Shown here: piece after piece, positions 22,774-33,062 of the stretch | Layout: every line of letters starts with the position of its first letter | Position numbering within the stretch: position 1 is the stretch's first letter | Assembly (NCBI GenBank): GCA_963704035.1 | Contig: CAVPGR010000004.1 | Span: 1,157,174 to 1,221,173, forward strand | Source: an uncultured Actinomycetes bacterium | Lineage (GTDB): Bacteria; Actinomycetota; Acidimicrobiia; IMCC26256; JAOSJL01 | Direction of reading: 5' to 3' | Length of the DNA stretch: 64,000 nucleotides | Translations under genes and position numbers: made by a program | Notes under the pieces: generated by a model | The model's database searches: none | Told to the model about the DNA's origin: nothing | Seen by the model: the letters and a program-made list of their open reading frames with translations, nothing else

Positions 22774-24139
22774 ATGACCGAGCGTACGAAGTACCTGTTG
22801 GACGAGTCGGATCTCCCGACCCACTGGTACAACCTCATCCCCGACCTGCCCGAGCCGCCACCGCCACCGCTGCATCCGGGCACCGGTCAGCCGCTCGGAC
22901 CCGACGATCTCGCGCCGCTCTTCCCCATGGGCCTGATCGAACAGGAGGTGTCCCCGGAGTCGTACATCGACATCCCCGAGGAGGTGCGCGACATCTACCG
23001 CCTGTGGCGACCGTCGCCGCTCCACCGGGCACGTCGTCTCGAAAAGGCGCTCGGCACCCCGGCGCACATCTACTACAAGTACGAGGGCGTGAGCCCGGCC
23101 GGTTCACACAAGCCCAACACGTCGGTGCCGCAGGCCTACTACAACGCGGCCGAGGGAATCAGCCGGCTGACCACCGAGACCGGCGCCGGTCAGTGGGGCG
23201 TCGCACTGGCCTTTGCCTGTTCGCTCTTCGACATCGAGTGCGAGGTCTGGCAGGTCCGTGCCTCCTACGACCAGAAGCCGTACCGCAAGTCGATGATGGA
23301 GGTGTTCGGAGCGACGGTGCATCCGAGCCCCTCGGAGGTGACCGAGGTCGGACGCAAGATCCTCGCCGACGATCCCGACACGCCGGGGAGCCTCGGCATC
23401 GCGATCAGCGAGGCCGTCGAGACGGCTGCCTCCGACCCCGAGACGCGTTACGCGCTCGGATCGGTGCTGAACCACGTGCTCCTGCACCAGACCGTCATCG
23501 GTCAGGAGGCGATCACGCAGATGGCCATGGCGGGGGAGAGTCCCGACCTCGTCGTGGGCTGCGTCGGAGGTGGATCGAACTTCGGCGGCCTCGCCTTCCC
23601 GTTCATCCGGGAGAAGCTCGCCGGGAACCTCGACTGCGAGATCCGCGCTGTCGAGCCCGCGGCGTGTCCCACGCTCACGAGGGGCACCTACACCTACGAC
23701 TTCGGAGACACGGCCGGCATGACGCCGCTGCTCAAGATGCACACGCTCGGACACGACTTCGTGCCCGACCCCATCCACGCGGGCGGCCTTCGCTATCACG
23801 GCATGTCGCCGCTCATCTCGCACGTCTACGAGCTCGGGCTGATGACCGCGGAGAACCGGCACCAGTCGGAGTGCTTCGCTGCCGGGGTCGAGTTCGCCGC
23901 GTTCCGAGGGCATCGTGCCCGCACCCGAGCCCACCCACGCCCTCGCCACAGCCGTCGACGAGGCGAGGAGGTGCGCCGAGACCGGAGAGGAGAAGGTCAT
24001 CCTCACGGCGCTGTGCGGTCACGGACAGCTCGATCTCGCCGCCTACGACAAGTACCTGAGCGGAGAGGTCGAGGACTACGAGTATCCCCAGGAGCGCATC
24101 GACGACGCTCTGACCCGGCTGCCCGACCCCGAGGTCTGA
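22774..24139 (+). pseudogene. TrpB2-type tryptophan synthase beta-like PLP enzyme with the frame broken near 23899 as sequenced
   Basis: Motifs: [34 protein letters not shown]. After ...AAGVEFA the frame turns Arg-rich. The true C-terminus ([20 protein letters not shown]...LPDPEV) lies in ORF 23915..24139. A 1-nt insertion at GCC-G-CGT explains the break. Confidence 0.8.
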
Positions 24140-24261
24140 GCTGAAAGCCTGCACGGTGTCGATGTCATGAGCGACGATCTGCATCCTGGTAGCGGACGGA
24201 AGAGGTCGTTTGTGGAGAGCGGTCATCGGGCCGGTACAACGGACACAGCAAGGAGCACGAC

Positions 24262-25497
24262 ATGAAGAAGCTGCTCGTCCTGGGCGCCGGCACCGCCGGC
24301 ACCATCGTCGCCAACAAGCTGAACCGACGTCTCGATTCCGACGAGTGGAGCATCACCGTCGTGGATCAGGACCGGATCCACTACTACCAACCCGGATTCC
24401 TCTTCATCCCGTTCGGGATCTACGGCCCCGGCGACGTGGTCAAGTCGACCGGGAGCTTCCTGCCTCCCGAGGTCGAGCTCGTCGTCTCGGAGATCGACGT
24501 CGTCGAACCCGACGAGAACCGGGTCAAGCTCGTCGCCGACGGGACGTACCTCGACTACGACGTGTTGGTCATCGCCACCGGGACACAACCCCGACCCGAC
24601 GAGACCCCGGGGCTCACCGACGACGCCTGGCGCGACACGATCCACGACTTCTACACCTTCGACGGTTCGGTCGCTCTCGCCGACGAGCTTCGCACGTGGG
24701 ACGGCGGCCGCCTCGTCGTGCACATCGCCGAGATGCCCTGCAAGTGCCCGGTCGCTCCCCTCGAGTTCACCTTCCTCGCCGACGCGTTCTTCCACAAGAA
24801 GGGCATGCGCGACCGGGTCGAGCTCGTCTACGTCACACCGCTCGACGGTGCCTTCACGACGCCGACCGCCTCCGAGCATCTGGGTCGCATGCTGGAGGAC
24901 AAGAAGGTGGAGGTCGAGACCGACTTCGCCGTCGAGCGGGTGGATCCCGACCGAAACATGCTCGTGTCGTACGACGAACGCGAGATCCCCTACGACCTGC
25001 TCGTGACCGTTCCCGTCAACATGGGCGCCGAGTTCGTGGACCGCTCGGGCCTCGGTGACGAGCTCAACTACGTGCCCGTCGACAAGCACACCTTCCTGTC
25101 GAAGGAGTACGACAACATCTTCGCCCTCGGCGACGCGGCCGACCTCCCCATCTCGAAGGCCGGTTCGGTGGCGCACTTCGCCGTCGACGTGTTCGCCGAC
25201 AACTTCGTGCGTTACGCGCAGGGCCTGCCGATGCTCGAGAAGTTCGACGGCCACGCCAACTGCTTCATCGAGTCGGGTTTCGGCAAGGCCGCGATCATCG
25301 ACTTCAACTACGACACCGAACCCCTGGGTGGGAAGTACCCCCTCCCGGGTATCGGGCCGTTCTCCCTCCTGAAGGAGACCGAGATCAACCACTGGGGCAA
25401 GATGATGTTCCGCTGGTTCTACTGGAACGTCCTCCTCAAGGGCAGAGACACGCCGATGCCGGCTGCGATGTCGATGGCCGGGAAGGACGCGGAATGA
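24262..25497 (+). CDS. Sulfide:quinone-oxidoreductase-like FAD-dependent oxidoreductase
   Basis: Rossmann N-terminus KKLLVLGAGTAGT, an MPCKCPVAPLEF motif, and GDAADLP. 411 aa. Confidence 0.75.
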   Translation: MKKLLVLGAGTAGTIVANKLNRRLDSDEWSITVVDQDRIHYYQPGFLFIPFGIYGPGDVVKSTGSFLPPEVELVVSEIDVVEPDENRVKLVADGTYLDYDVLVIATGTQPRPDETPGLTDDAWRDTIHDFYTFDGSVALADELRTWDGGRLVVHIAEMPCKCPVAPLEFTFLADAFFHKKGMRDRVELVYVTPLDGAFTTPTASEHLGRMLEDKKVEVETDFAVERVDPDRNMLVSYDEREIPYDLLVTVPVNMGAEFVDRSGLGDELNYVPVDKHTFLSKEYDNIFALGDAADLPISKAGSVAHFAVDVFADNFVRYAQGLPMLEKFDGHANCFIESGFGKAAIIDFNYDTEPLGGKYPLPGIGPFSLLKETEINHWGKMMFRWFYWNVLLKGRDTPMPAAMSMAGKDAE

Positions 25498-25548
25498 ACG
25501 CCGGCTGCCCGATCCGTCGGGCCGACAACGCAGACAAGGAGTGACGAC

Positions 25549-25866
25549 ATGCCTACGCAGACCATCGCCGGCCAGGAAGTCGATGTGAACGAGGAAGGTT
25601 TCATGACCGACCCGTCGCAGTGGAACAGGGAGATCGCGGCGCAGCTCGCCGAGCAGATCAACCTCGGTGAGCTCACCGACGTGCACTGGAAGGTCATCGA
25701 CTTCCTCCGCTCCGACTTCGAAGAAGAGGGCGAGACCGCGACCCTGCGACGGGTCTCGAAGCGCTCAGGAGTCCCCACCAAGGATCTCTACCGACTCTTT
25801 CCGAAGAAGCCGGCCAAGAAGATGGCGTACTGCGCCGGGCTGCCCAAGCCGCACGGCTGCATCTAG
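25549..25866 (+). CDS. DsrC/TusE-family sulfur-relay protein
   Basis: 105 aa with AAGGAG RBS. Family-typical C-terminus ...YCAGLPKPHGCI, with two Cys residues eight residues apart. Confidence 0.8.
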   Translation: MPTQTIAGQEVDVNEEGFMTDPSQWNREIAAQLAEQINLGELTDVHWKVIDFLRSDFEEEGETATLRRVSKRSGVPTKDLYRLFPKKPAKKMAYCAGLPKPHGCI

Positions 25867-25933
25867 GCGTCCTGATCACGGACGTTGCCCGAGCACCGAG
25901 TCGGCGTCGAGAGCGCCGGGAAGGGAGTCGACC

Positions 25934-26437
25934 ATGACACAGACAGAGGAGAAGGTGATCCCCGACTTCGGGGAGGACACCGACCGCAAGCTGTGCATCA
26001 TCTGCAGCAAGGGCACGCTCGACATGGCCTACCCCGGCCTCGTGCTGGCGAACGCCGCGCTGATGGAGGGCATCGAGGTCAACATGTTCTTCACCTTCTG
26101 GGGCCTCGACATGCTGAACAAGAAGACGATGGCGAAGCTGAAGGCGACACCCGTCGGCAACACGGCCATGCACATGCCGCAGGCGCTCAGCCCGCTGCCC
26201 GGCATGACGGCCATGGCCACCCACATGATGAAGAAGGAGATCGACAAGCTCGATTTCCCGCCGGTCGACGAGTTCCTCCAGCAGATCGTCGACGCCGGCG
26301 GCCACCTGTGGGCCTGCAAGATGTCGGCTGACATGATGAACCTCGAAGCCGACGACATGTTCGAGGAGGTCGAGGACATCATCGGTGCCACCGATTTCAT
26401 GAATATGAGCGACGGCGCCCAGATCATCTTCATCTGA
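25934..26437 (+). CDS. DsrE/DsrF-like family protein
   Basis: Motifs: KLCIICSKGTLDMAYPGLVLANAA, FFTFWGLDML, LWACKMSADMM. ATG 25934 follows GGGAAGGGAG. The ORF opens at 25667. Confidence 0.75.
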   Translation: MTQTEEKVIPDFGEDTDRKLCIICSKGTLDMAYPGLVLANAALMEGIEVNMFFTFWGLDMLNKKTMAKLKATPVGNTAMHMPQALSPLPGMTAMATHMMKKEIDKLDFPPVDEFLQQIVDAGGHLWACKMSADMMNLEADDMFEEVEDIIGATDFMNMSDGAQIIFI

Positions 26438-26472
26438 CCTCGACCCACGACGACGGACACGAAGGAACGGTC

Positions 26473-27429
26473 ATGAGCTCAGCTCCCGCGCGCCGAGGTT
26501 GGCTCGTCGCGGCCCTGGTGATCGGGCTCGGGCTCGTGGCGGCACCCGCGATCTTCCAGATGTTCGACCGCGCCCCCAAGGGCGGCGACATGATCGAGGC
26601 CTTCCGCCCCTACATGACCCAGGAGAAGATCACCGAGTTCCAGGACTACATGGTCGAGATCGACACAGCGGTTGCCGAGATGAGCGACGAACTCGAGCCC
26701 GCGCTCGTGGAGGAGGCCGGTCTCGACGCCGCCGAGATCGACGAGACCTACGCCTCCTACGCCGACTTCCAGGCGCAATGGGACGAGATCTTCACCGAGA
26801 TGACCGACATGCTCGACACGATGGAGGCGAACCTCGGCAACTTCGATGCGGTGTCGTCACTCCCACCTTTCGTCCTGTTTCCCTGGTTCTTCGTCATCCC
26901 CGGTCTGCTGATCGCGGGGATCGCCGTGTGGGGGCTGGTTCGCTCGCGGCGCGGCCGGCCGGGACGCGGCGTGGTGATCGCACTGGTCGTGATGGGTGTC
27001 GGTCTGATCGCTGCGCCGGCGGTCTTCCAGATGTTCACGCGCGCCCCCAAGGGCGGCGACATGATCAACGAGTTCCGCTACCTCATGAACGAGGAGAAGG
27101 TCCAGACCGTGCAGGGCTACTTCCTCGTCATCGGAGCGGGGGAGGGCACCGTGCGGGTCCAGATGCTCCCCGCCTTCGAGGAGGCCGGCGCCACGCCACC
27201 CGAGCTTCCCGCCACCGACCAGTTCATCGAGGACTGGCCGACCATCTCCAACGAGATGGCGCCCATGATCGGCACGATGGCTGACAACGTGGTGAACTAC
27301 CAGGCGGTCGACGACCTCCCGCCGTTCCCGCTGTTTCCCTGGTTCTTCGTGGTGCCCGGCCTGCTCGTCATAGGGTTCGCCATCGCGGCGGGCCGGCCGC
27401 CCACCGAGACAGATCACGAAGAAGTCTGA
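26473..27429 (+). CDS. Membrane protein built from two tandem ~157-aa repeats, function unknown
   Basis: Each half has a TM, then AP(A)xFQMFxRAPKGGDMI, a ~100-aa helical region, then LPPFxLFPWFFVxPGLL (TM). The two halves are 471 nt apart. Confidence 0.7.
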   Translation: MSSAPARRGWLVAALVIGLGLVAAPAIFQMFDRAPKGGDMIEAFRPYMTQEKITEFQDYMVEIDTAVAEMSDELEPALVEEAGLDAAEIDETYASYADFQAQWDEIFTEMTDMLDTMEANLGNFDAVSSLPPFVLFPWFFVIPGLLIAGIAVWGLVRSRRGRPGRGVVIALVVMGVGLIAAPAVFQMFTRAPKGGDMINEFRYLMNEEKVQTVQGYFLVIGAGEGTVRVQMLPAFEEAGATPPELPATDQFIEDWPTISNEMAPMIGTMADNVVNYQAVDDLPPFPLFPWFFVVPGLLVIGFAIAAGRPPTETDHEEV

Positions 27430-27452
27430 ACTTCCCGAACGAGGAGACAATC

Positions 27453-28205
27453 ATGAAATCCCATCCCCGCATGGCGGCGCTGATCGCGATGCTGGCAGCC
27501 CTGGTCCTGGTGGCGGCTGCGTGCAGCAGCGACAGCAGCAGCGACGACAACGACGACAGCGACAGCGGTTCGAGCGAGACAACCGGTGAGGAGGCCGCGG
27601 GCGGATCGCTCGTGGGTCTGTTCGGGCTCGACGCCGGTGAGTGCGCGGATGCCGGTGTCACCGCAGGTTCCTCCTTCCGTATGGTCAAGTCGGGTGGAAC
27701 GCTCGAGGACGGGCCGTTCATCGACAACGCCGACTCCACGTGTGGCGACACGACGTGGACCGCGTTGAGCCCCGGCACCGACGGCGGACTCGTCACCGGC
27801 GACTACCAGCCGGCGCCCGATCCGGCCTTCGACGACGCGGGCAACGGTCTCGCCTCGGCGATCATCGAGCCCCCGATCTTCTTCGCCGTCGGCTTCGCAC
27901 TGTCGACGAACCCCACCGACCCGCAGCTCGACACTGATGCTCCTACTCCGGAGCTCTCGGCCGACGACTCCGGTGCGCTGAGCGGTGACCTGAGTGCGGC
28001 CGGCGTCGACTGGAACGGGTTGGCCTTCAACCAGGGTGCGCCCAAGCCCGACGGATCGACCTCCGACGGCACGAGCGGACCGACCGGCACCTACGACGCC
28101 GACACCGGCGCCTACATGCTGGAGTGGACGAGCACGATCGTGGGCGGCGCCTTCGACGGCTTCACCGGTGTCTGGCACTTGGAGGGAACCTTCACGGCGA
28201 ACTGA
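27453..28205 (+). CDS. Lipoprotein, function unknown
   Basis: GAGGAG RBS. Signal peptide with lipobox LVAAAC, an acidic Ser/Asp linker, and a C-terminus GGAFDGFTGVWHLEGTFTAN. Confidence 0.7.
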   Translation: MKSHPRMAALIAMLAALVLVAAACSSDSSSDDNDDSDSGSSETTGEEAAGGSLVGLFGLDAGECADAGVTAGSSFRMVKSGGTLEDGPFIDNADSTCGDTTWTALSPGTDGGLVTGDYQPAPDPAFDDAGNGLASAIIEPPIFFAVGFALSTNPTDPQLDTDAPTPELSADDSGALSGDLSAAGVDWNGLAFNQGAPKPDGSTSDGTSGPTGTYDADTGAYMLEWTSTIVGGAFDGFTGVWHLEGTFTAN

Positions 28206-28312
28206 CTTCGGCCCCGCGGGTCGGCGCTTCGCACCATCCGGTCGTCGAGGAGAAGGCGCTCGGCCAGCCCGCGACCCCGCGGTTGAAGCTGGTGAACCCC
28301 GGCTAGTTTCTG

Positions 28313-30319
28313 GTGATGGAGAGAAGTCGTTTCGCCGGCGAGCCGATCGCTGACGACGACGCCACGATCGCGGCGATGCTCGAAGACGTGAGCATCCCCA
28401 CGCTCATGGTCTCGATGATGCACATGAGTGGCGACTACAGCCTCCTCGACGGCGAGCTCCGACCCCAGGGCTCCTTCATCAACGAGATCCAGGGCTTCAT
28501 GAGCCCCGAGGACCAGGCCGAGGTTCGGGAAGCGGCACTCCGGGTGATCCGCGGGTACCGCGACGGCGGCTGCGCACCTCCACCGCCGCCCGACGATGAG
28601 ACGGTTCATCGCATGATGGAGTTCATCGTCGCCGAAGAGGTTCCCGCCGACTACGTGCCGTTGATGCTCGAGGAACTGGAACTCGACGGCGTCGACGCCA
28701 GGGCTCCAGAACGGCTCACGGCCCTCGATCAGGCGGCACGCCAGGACTTCCTGGTCGTCGTGATCGGGGGCGGCATGTCGGGGATCCTCGCCGGAATTCG
28801 GCTGGGTCAGGCCGGCGTGCCCTACACCGTGATCGAGTCGGACGCCGGTCCGGGTGGCACGTGGCGCAAGAACCGCTACCCCGGATGTCGAGTGGACGTG
28901 GGCAACCACTTCTACTGCTACTCCTTCGAGCCCAACGAGTGGTCGGAGTTCTTCGCGCAGCACAACGAGCTCCGCGAGTACTTCGAGCACTGCGCCGAGA
29001 AGTACCGGGTTCACGAGAACACCCGCTACTCGTGCAGCGTCACCGCAGCGACATGGAACGAGGCGACGGCACGGTGGCTCGTGGAGATCCGCACCGAGTC
29101 CGGCGACGTCGAGACGATGGAGGCAGCGGCGCTCATCAGCGCCACCGGTCAGCTCAACATCCCGAAGCTGCCCGAGATCGAAGGGCGGGATTCCTTCGCC
29201 GGAGAGTCGATGCACACGGCCCAGTGGGTGGAGGGCACCGAGCTCGACGGCAAGCGTGTCGCGGTGATCGGGACAGGAGCGAGCGCGTTCCAGCTGGTCC
29301 CGGCGATCGCACCCGACGCCGAGCATGTCGACGTCTTCCAGCGCTCGGCGCCCTGGATGTTCCCCAGCCCCCACTACCACGACAAGGTGCCGCCGGGGGC
29401 GCTCTGGGCTCTTCGCCACCTGCCGTTCTACGGTCGGTGGTACCGGTTCCTGATCTTCTGGCCGGCCTGCGACGGTGGCTTCGCTGCGATGGAGGTCGAC
29501 CACGACTGGGAGCACCCTGAGCGCGCGGTCAGCGCCGCCAACGACGCCGTGCGCGAGATCTTCGCCTCCCAGATGGTGGCCCAGGTGGGCGAAGACTCCG
29601 AGCTCGCCGAGAAGGTGGTTCCCGACTACGTGTGTCTGGGCAAGCGCACTCTCCAGGACAACGGCAGCTGGCTCAACGCCCTGACGCGCGACGACGTCGA
29701 CCTCATCACCGAGTCCATCTCCCACATCACGCCCCGCGGCGTCGTGGACGACACGGGAACGGAGCACGAGGCGGATCTCATCGTCTACGCCACCGGATTC
29801 GACGCCAACCGCTACCTCTGGCCGATGGAGATCACCGGACGTGATGGCGCCGTCCTCGCCGACCAGTGGGGCGATGAGCCACAGGCGTACCTGGGCATCA
29901 CGGTCCCCAACTTCCCGAACTTGTTCATCATGTACGGCCCCGGCACCAACCTGGCCAGCGCCGGCAGCATGATCTTCCACGCCGAGTGTCAGATGCAGTA
30001 CATCACCGAGTGCCTCGCCGAGCTGATCGGCGGCGACATCGACGCCATCGACTGCCGCCAAGTGGTCCACGATTTCTACAACGACGCCCTCCAGGCCGAG
30101 CTCGCCAACATGGTGTGGTCACACGACTCGATCCGCTCGAGCTGGTATCAGAACGACTCCGGAAGGATCTACATCCTGAGCCCGTGGCGGCTGCACAAGT
30201 ACTGGTCGATGACAAGGAGCGTCGATCTCGACGACTACACCGCCAGCTCGGCCACGCCGTCAACGACCGGTGCGACCGTGCTTCCCGTAGGCCCGGACGG
30301 TGGCTTGCGAGCGCGGTAG
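28313..30319 (+). CDS. Baeyer-Villiger-type flavin monooxygenase with N-terminal extension (HAPMO-like)
   Basis: Motifs: VIGGGMSGILAG (FAD), GGTWRKNRYPGCRVD (BVMO fingerprint region), VIGTGASAFQ (NADP). About 140-aa N-terminal extension. The last ~20 codons overlap the SIP remnant on the other strand. Confidence 0.8.
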   Translation: MMERSRFAGEPIADDDATIAAMLEDVSIPTLMVSMMHMSGDYSLLDGELRPQGSFINEIQGFMSPEDQAEVREAALRVIRGYRDGGCAPPPPPDDETVHRMMEFIVAEEVPADYVPLMLEELELDGVDARAPERLTALDQAARQDFLVVVIGGGMSGILAGIRLGQAGVPYTVIESDAGPGGTWRKNRYPGCRVDVGNHFYCYSFEPNEWSEFFAQHNELREYFEHCAEKYRVHENTRYSCSVTAATWNEATARWLVEIRTESGDVETMEAAALISATGQLNIPKLPEIEGRDSFAGESMHTAQWVEGTELDGKRVAVIGTGASAFQLVPAIAPDAEHVDVFQRSAPWMFPSPHYHDKVPPGALWALRHLPFYGRWYRFLIFWPACDGGFAAMEVDHDWEHPERAVSAANDAVREIFASQMVAQVGEDSELAEKVVPDYVCLGKRTLQDNGSWLNALTRDDVDLITESISHITPRGVVDDTGTEHEADLIVYATGFDANRYLWPMEITGRDGAVLADQWGDEPQAYLGITVPNFPNLFIMYGPGTNLASAGSMIFHAECQMQYITECLAELIGGDIDAIDCRQVVHDFYNDALQAELANMVWSHDSIRSSWYQNDSGRIYILSPWRLHKYWSMTRSVDLDDYTASSATPSTTGATVLPVGPDGGLRAR

Positions 30320-30470
30320 CTCACGTTCGTCGAACAAGTAGCGACGGATCTTCTGCACGGCGCCTGCTTCCCCGGCCACCCAGACGGCGACTCCATCGGG
30401 CAACTGGCTGTCGCGAACAGCGGTGACCAACGTCACCCGGGCCCCAGTAGACGTCGTCGGAGCCGAACTC
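30260..30470 (-). pseudogene. Siderophore-interacting protein (SIP/ViuB-type reductase), C-terminal remnant
   Basis: Reads ...DDVYWGPG / VTLVTAVRDSQLPDGVAVWVAGEAGAVQKIRRYLFDERELPRSQATVRAYGKHG*. There is an internal frame break near 30415 and no N-terminal half. The upper boundary is uncertain (up to about 30488). Confidence 0.6.
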
Positions 30471-30477
30471 GACGATC

Positions 30478-30747
30478 TCAGGCGTCACGGCGACTCCGCC
30501 GAGCGATCGCACGGTCTTCGAAGAACTCCCAGATGATCCAGGGAAGCGCCCAAACGAGGACGGCAGCGGCCATGACGACGAAACAGAGCAGGAAGGCGGC
30601 ACACGCCCATCCGAAAGCCACCAGCCAGTTGTCGTTCTGCTGAAGCGAGCCGGCCATGCAGATGAAGAAGAGGAATCCGTAGAAGATCCAGCCGGCATCG
30701 CTGAGGTTCTTCCAGTCTGTCTTCGAGAGCTTGAGCAAGTTGAACAC
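30478..30747 (-). CDS. Small three-TM membrane protein
   Basis: 89-aa ORF with hydrophobic segments WIFYGFLFFICMAG, LVAFGWACAAFLLCFVVMAAAVLVWALPWII and a basic tail. G+C looks lower here by eye. Confidence 0.5.
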   Translation of the reverse strand: MFNLLKLSKTDWKNLSDAGWIFYGFLFFICMAGSLQQNDNWLVAFGWACAAFLLCFVVMAAAVLVWALPWIIWEFFEDRAIARRSRRDA

Positions 30748-30866
30748 GGCAGAACTCCTACCTGCAGCGAGGCTGGTCCCTCCTCACTCGGGATCAGTCA
30801 TCTCCATGGTGCCGCGGGGCTGGGACATGAGACTTCAGAGCAGGCCGTCAGGGAACGGCCACCGCT

Positions 30867-31127
30867 GTGTCCCAGCCCCTCTGTACGGTCGAGGACATGG
30901 AGAACCTGATCCAGTGGTGGTGGGGACCGCTCGAGGCCATCGTCGACTTCGGTGGGTGGATCGTCGTGCTCGGTGCGCTGGCCCTGTGGGGATGGGTCTT
31001 CCCGGCCGAGAACACTCCGGCCACGAAGAACATCAGGGATCTCACCAAGGAAGAGAACGCAGAGTGGAAGAAGAATCGGGACCGGCTCCGGGACATCGAA
31101 CGCGGTCGATTCTTCGGTCGAAGGTAG
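30867..31127 (+). CDS. Small single-TM protein with a basic C-terminal tail
   Basis: Contains WWWGPLEAIVDFGGWIVVLGALALWGWVF, then KEENAEWKKNRDRLRDIERGRFFGRR. The likely start is MENL at 30897. Confidence 0.45.
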   Translation: MSQPLCTVEDMENLIQWWWGPLEAIVDFGGWIVVLGALALWGWVFPAENTPATKNIRDLTKEENAEWKKNRDRLRDIERGRFFGRR

Positions 31128-31191
31128 ATGTCCGCCCCCTCTCGCCCGCCGCCACTAGCGAACCGGCGCATGCCTCCGTTGGACTGAACCT

Positions 31192-32011
31192 GTGACAATG
31201 ACCTCCATGCCGATCGCCCCCTACCTCGGTATCGATCTGGCGTGGCGGGGCGTCAACGAAACGGGTGTCGTTGCTCTCCAGCATGACGGCAGCATTTCTG
31301 ATGCCGGATGGTTGACCAGCACGCATGACGTCGCTCAGTGGATCGACGACCACGCGGCAGAGGACTCGTTCACCTTCATCGACGCTCCGCTCGTGATCGA
31401 GAACCCGGACGGGATGCGGGAGTGTGAGCGCGAGGTCGGCCGACGCTACGGGCGCTGGAAGGTCGCGGCCAACGCCTCCAACACGTCAAGCACCGGTCAG
31501 GAAGGTGTGGCGCTCCGGAGTCTCCTCGAAGACCGCGGGTTCCAGTACGACGACGGAACCGCCGGAAACGACGTCGGTGGACGGCGGATCCTCGAGTGCT
31601 ACCCCTACACGACGATCGTCGGCGTTCGCCGCGCTCGGCTACGACCACGAGCGACCGCGCTACAAGCGCAAGCCACCGAAGATGCCCGCCGCTTCGTGGC
31701 GTGAGCTTCGGGCATCCGAGACGGACGAGCTGATTCGGCGCATCGGCGATTTCGTGACCGAGAAACCACCCATGGATCTGACCTCGCATCCCGAGACGCT
31801 TCGGCTCCTCGAGATGCCGACACCGCAGGCCGATGTCGAGGCGAAGCACCGCGAGGACCTCCTGGACGCAGCGCTCTGTGCATGGACCGCCGCGTTGTGG
31901 GATCGCCACGCAACAGAGAGATGCCAGGTGCTGGGCGAGAACGACCCACCCGTCAACGGCTACAGGGCAACGATCATCGCCCCGGCGCGAGAGTCACAGC
32001 GTCGCCGTTAG
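31192..32011 (+). pseudogene. DUF429-like (RNase-H-fold) protein with the frame broken near 31620 as sequenced
   Basis: N-terminal part YLGIDLAWRGVNETGVVAL...FIDAPLVIENPDGMRECE...ILECYPYTTIV is in frame 1. The continuation FAALGYDHERPRYKRKP...EDLLDAALCAWTAALW is in frame 2 (ORF 31424..32011). Confidence 0.65.
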
Positions 32012-32100
32012 GCGAGTTCCTTGCCATTGATGCTCCCGGGCCGAAATCCGCGATCGCCACGCGCCGGACAGCGAGAGTTCGACCCCAGTCCGTGCTCGCG

Positions 32101-32756
32101 TTATTGCTGGTCGACCGTAGGATCAGCCTCGACAGGCTGCGTGTAGTCGGTGTCATCACGCACGTGCTCAAAGTCCGCACGATCAAGCCAATGGCACCAG
32201 ACGTTCCGCCCGGGAAGCACCAGCCTCGAGCCCCATCCCTTGGTTGGCTTCCACGATGCCACCTCGACGCGCTTTCCGAGCCCGAGCACCGCCTCGAGCG
32301 CGGGCACGAGGTCGGTGTCGGCCGACATCAGTACGGCCACGTCGAAGTCGTCGCGCACGGCACCCATCACCATCTCGATCGCTATGAGAACGTCGATGCC
32401 CTTCTCGCGGCTTCGAAGGCGGTCGGGCGGCCCGTCGCGTCCCACGCCGTCGGACGGTAGTGCAGGGGGCGCGACACGGAGATCACCTTGGCTTGCGCTT
32501 GCCAGTATCGAATCTGACGCTGGCAGGCCGCCTGGCCACTTCGAGAGTGCCGGGCATCAGGTTCGCCGCGGTAGACGCGGACTTCCTGTAGCTCCCGAGC
32601 CGCGTCAACCGCTTCGCCCTTGGTGCGAAGGAGGATCCCCAGCCGACGGGGGTAGACCTGACCGAACGTGAAGGGATCGCCGTGCGGTTCCCCGAAGCTC
32701 TCACGGGCGCCCATGTAGGTGTTCTGGTAATCAATGAACATCTTGACACGGGTCAT
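32101..32756 (-). pseudogene. NYN/LabA-like (DUF88) predicted RNase with the frame broken near 32428 as sequenced
   Basis: MTRVKMFIDYQNTYMGARE... (ORF 32382..32756) continues in ORF 32101..32445 with ...EKGIDVLIAIEMVMGAVRDDFDVAVLMSADTDLVPALE, which holds the NYN acidic motifs. Confidence 0.65.
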
Positions 32757-32797
32757 CGGAGCCCGCTTCGCGTTCCGAACGGGCCGGCAAGGTCCGA

Positions 32798-32843
32798 AGA
32801 AAAATAAACCTCGCCATTCCGGGCCGAAGCCCGAAAGGCGAGG
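32798..32843 (-). terminator. Intrinsic terminator (minus strand) between the vWA and NYN genes
   Basis: The minus strand reads CCTCGCC-TTTCGGGCTTCGGCCCGGAAT-GGCGAGG followed by TTTATTTTTCT. It is a conspicuously AT-rich tail in a GC-rich context. Confidence 0.6.
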
Positions 32844-33062
32844 AGGATTGGTTCCATCATAACGATCGACCTCCCTAGCGTCTACCTGAGACGTTCGGCC
32901 TGGGCACGATGCAGAGAACGTCGTGCTCGCGGACCGCCGACGCTCTGCCCGGTCCGTGCGGGCCCACCTTGGCGTGTGCCCGGTACACGGCCACCCGCGG
33001 CCGATCTCGTAGCCCCGAGGCAGTGGGTGAACCGAACGTCTCGCGTCGTGCGGGGCGTTGGA

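Noticed and set aside
30260-30319. A 60-nt convergent overlap between the BVMO 3' end and the SIP C-terminal remnant, considered as a functional antisense arrangement.
   Set aside because: It is more simply explained if the non-conserved BVMO tail (…TGATVLPVGPDGGLRAR) is a chance extension running into a dead gene remnant.
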